Origin: Candidatus Latescibacterota bacterium
Lineage (GTDB): Bacteria; Latescibacterota; UBA2968; GCA-2709665
Assembly: GCA_965203805.1 (NCBI GenBank)
Contig: OZ241917.1
Span: 4,192,001-4,256,000, forward strand
Length of the DNA stretch: 64,000 nucleotides
Direction of reading: 5' to 3'
The notes beneath the pieces are model-generated. The model did no database searches. It saw nothing but the letters and a program-made list of their open reading frames with translations, and was not told where the DNA came from. This document shows, one piece after another, positions 62,683-64,000 of this stretch; position 1 is the first letter of the stretch; each line of letters opens with the position of its first letter. The position numbers and the translations under genes were made by a program.

Positions 62683-62763
62683 TCTCAACAAAATAGCCAA
62701 TGAAAACTCCGGATACAACGCAAAAGGGCGCGGCCTCAAGGGTGTGCGCCAGAAAGAAAAACC

Positions 62764-62792
62764 TTGACGCGCAAATTCTGCTTCTCTATCTT
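62764..62792 (+). promoter_or_regulatory. Sigma70-type promoter
   Basis: TTGACG, 17-nt spacer, TATCTT. Confidence 0.7.
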
Positions 62793-62801
62793 AAGGCCGC
62801 G

Positions 62802-62951
62802 ATGAAGACATTGAATGACATACGGGACACGTTCAGGAATTCGATTCCCAATCCATCAGGGATGACGTGCGCCCACACCGCCCATCGGCATGCGCACCAT
62901 AGCGCTTACGCGACCCTTCGCGCAATTCGCTCGGCGGTGGACTGGACCTGA
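62802..62951 (+). CDS. hisL: Histidine operon leader peptide (start 62802 or 62862)
   Basis: HTAHRHAHH has 5 His in 9 codons (62874-62900); lies upstream of a terminator and hisI. Confidence 0.72.
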   Translation: MKTLNDIRDTFRNSIPNPSGMTCAHTAHRHAHHSAYATLRAIRSAVDWT

Positions 62952-62968
62952 TTTGATCGCGCAGAAGC

Positions 62969-63004
62969 AAAAAGGCCCGCTGTCGAGAGACAGCGGGCCT
63001 TTTT
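62969..63004 (+). terminator. Attenuator terminator hairpin
   Basis: AAAAAGGCCCGCTGTC-GAGA-GACAGCGGGCCTTTTT, a perfect stem ending in a U-run. Confidence 0.9.
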
Positions 63005-63080
63005 AATTGGCAGCGATGAACGGTTCTGGCAATGAATGTCAATGGACTGATTTGGCTTGATCCGGAAAGGGATCTGAAAA

Positions 63081-63803
63081 ATGCCGCACAATGACGACGC
63101 TTACGGGCGCATGACGTGGGACTTCCATCGCGGCATTCCCGCCAGGGAAATCGTGGAACGCGAAGACGGATGCATCTCCGCCGGCAAGTCGAGCGACTAC
63201 TTCAAGCCGTTTTCCGAGTGGCCGCCACAGCAGCAGGAGGCGATGAACTTTGTGTCGGGACGCGTCCTGGACATCGGCTGCGGGCCGGGACGGCACGCCC
63301 TCCACCTTCAGCAGAAGGGGTTCGACGTCCTGGGCATCGACCGGTCTCCCCTGGCGATCAGAGTCGCCCGTGAACGGGGTCTGACGAATGCCAGGGTTCT
63401 GAGCGTAACGCAGATTTCCCATCGGCTCGGCCAGTTCGATACAACTCTGATGCTAGGCGCCAATTTCGGCCTGTTCGGGAACCTGAAACGCGCCCGGTGG
63501 CTGTTGCGGAAGATGCGAAATATGACGCCTTCCGACGGTCGGATTATCGCCGAGACCAGGGACCCCTACGAAACCACGAGCAAAGTGCATCTGGACTATC
63601 ACGAATCCAACCGCAGACGCGGCAGGTTCTCCTGTCAACTCAGAATCCGGATCCGCTACGAACGGTACATCGATGCGTGGTTTGACTATCTTCAGGTGTC
63701 CCGAACAGAGATGGCATTCATTCTGAAAGACACCGGTTGGCGGATATCAAGATTCATCCCCGAAACCGGCGCCGTGTACGTCGCGATTATTGAGAAAGCA
63801 TGA
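63081..63803 (+). CDS. Class I SAM-dependent methyltransferase
   Basis: RVLDIGCGPGRH, VLGIDRSP, FDT.LMLGANFG. Confidence 0.9.
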   Translation: MPHNDDAYGRMTWDFHRGIPAREIVEREDGCISAGKSSDYFKPFSEWPPQQQEAMNFVSGRVLDIGCGPGRHALHLQQKGFDVLGIDRSPLAIRVARERGLTNARVLSVTQISHRLGQFDTTLMLGANFGLFGNLKRARWLLRKMRNMTPSDGRIIAETRDPYETTSKVHLDYHESNRRRGRFSCQLRIRIRYERYIDAWFDYLQVSRTEMAFILKDTGWRISRFIPETGAVYVAIIEKA

Positions 63804-63843
63804 AGAGAATCGAACTCGAATCCCGCTCAACGAGGAAATCGCC

Positions 63844-64000
63844 ATGGCTGTCGACAACAAACTCGAAGAAGGCACATCGATTCAACTCGACTTCGGGAAG
63901 TTGAACCGGGTTGCACAGACCGGCCAATCAGTCATCCCCGTCGCAGTACAGGACGTGGAGAGCAAAGCCGTTCTTCTCATCGGCTATGCCAATCGACAGG
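63844..64000 (+). CDS. hisI: Phosphoribosyl-AMP cyclohydrolase, N-terminal part (runs off the window)
   Basis: MAVDNKLEEGTSIQLDFGKL...VIPVAVQDVESKAVLLIGYANR; GAGGA RBS. Confidence 0.85.
   Translation, partial: MAVDNKLEEGTSIQLDFGKLNRVAQTGQSVIPVAVQDVESKAVLLIGYANRQ

Noticed and set aside
62700-62801. ORF-track start of the leader at 62700
   Set aside because: It lies upstream of the predicted promoter; ATG 62802 or 62862 fits better.

Overview
Bacterial genomic window, roughly 60% GC by eye. The gene repertoire (three PhyH dioxygenases, a steroid 5-alpha-reductase, an EF-hand/dockerin-like surface protein, heparinase and amidohydrolase genes) resembles Latescibacterota-like or sponge-associated bacteria; that taxonomy is an inference. 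Layout: (1) 1-29.6 kb is a mosaic of redox and stress genes (katG, bcp, VOC, SRPBCC, PhyH) with many gene fragments and a small toxin/HEPN islet around an IS1380 remnant. It also holds two selenoprotein genes that the ORF track splits at in-frame UGA codons, each followed by a SECIS-like hairpin. (2) 29.8-45.3 kb is a lower-GC defence hotspot: an Avs3-like nuclease-STAND gene, then a mostly tightly packed five-gene cluster of MORC/GHKL ATPase, cluster-less B12 radical-SAM paralog, intact B12 radical-SAM enzyme, second MORC/GHKL ATPase and a methyltransferase-like protein. I do not recognise this cluster as a described system and rate it the best candidate for a new modification-based defence system. 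(3) 45.7-62.4 kb is a co-oriented glycan/peptide catabolic cluster interspersed with heptamer/palindromic repeats. (4) 62.8-64 kb is a sigma70 promoter, His-rich leader peptide and attenuator, followed by a methyltransferase gene and the start of hisI. All family calls come from motif recognition by eye; no database searches were run.
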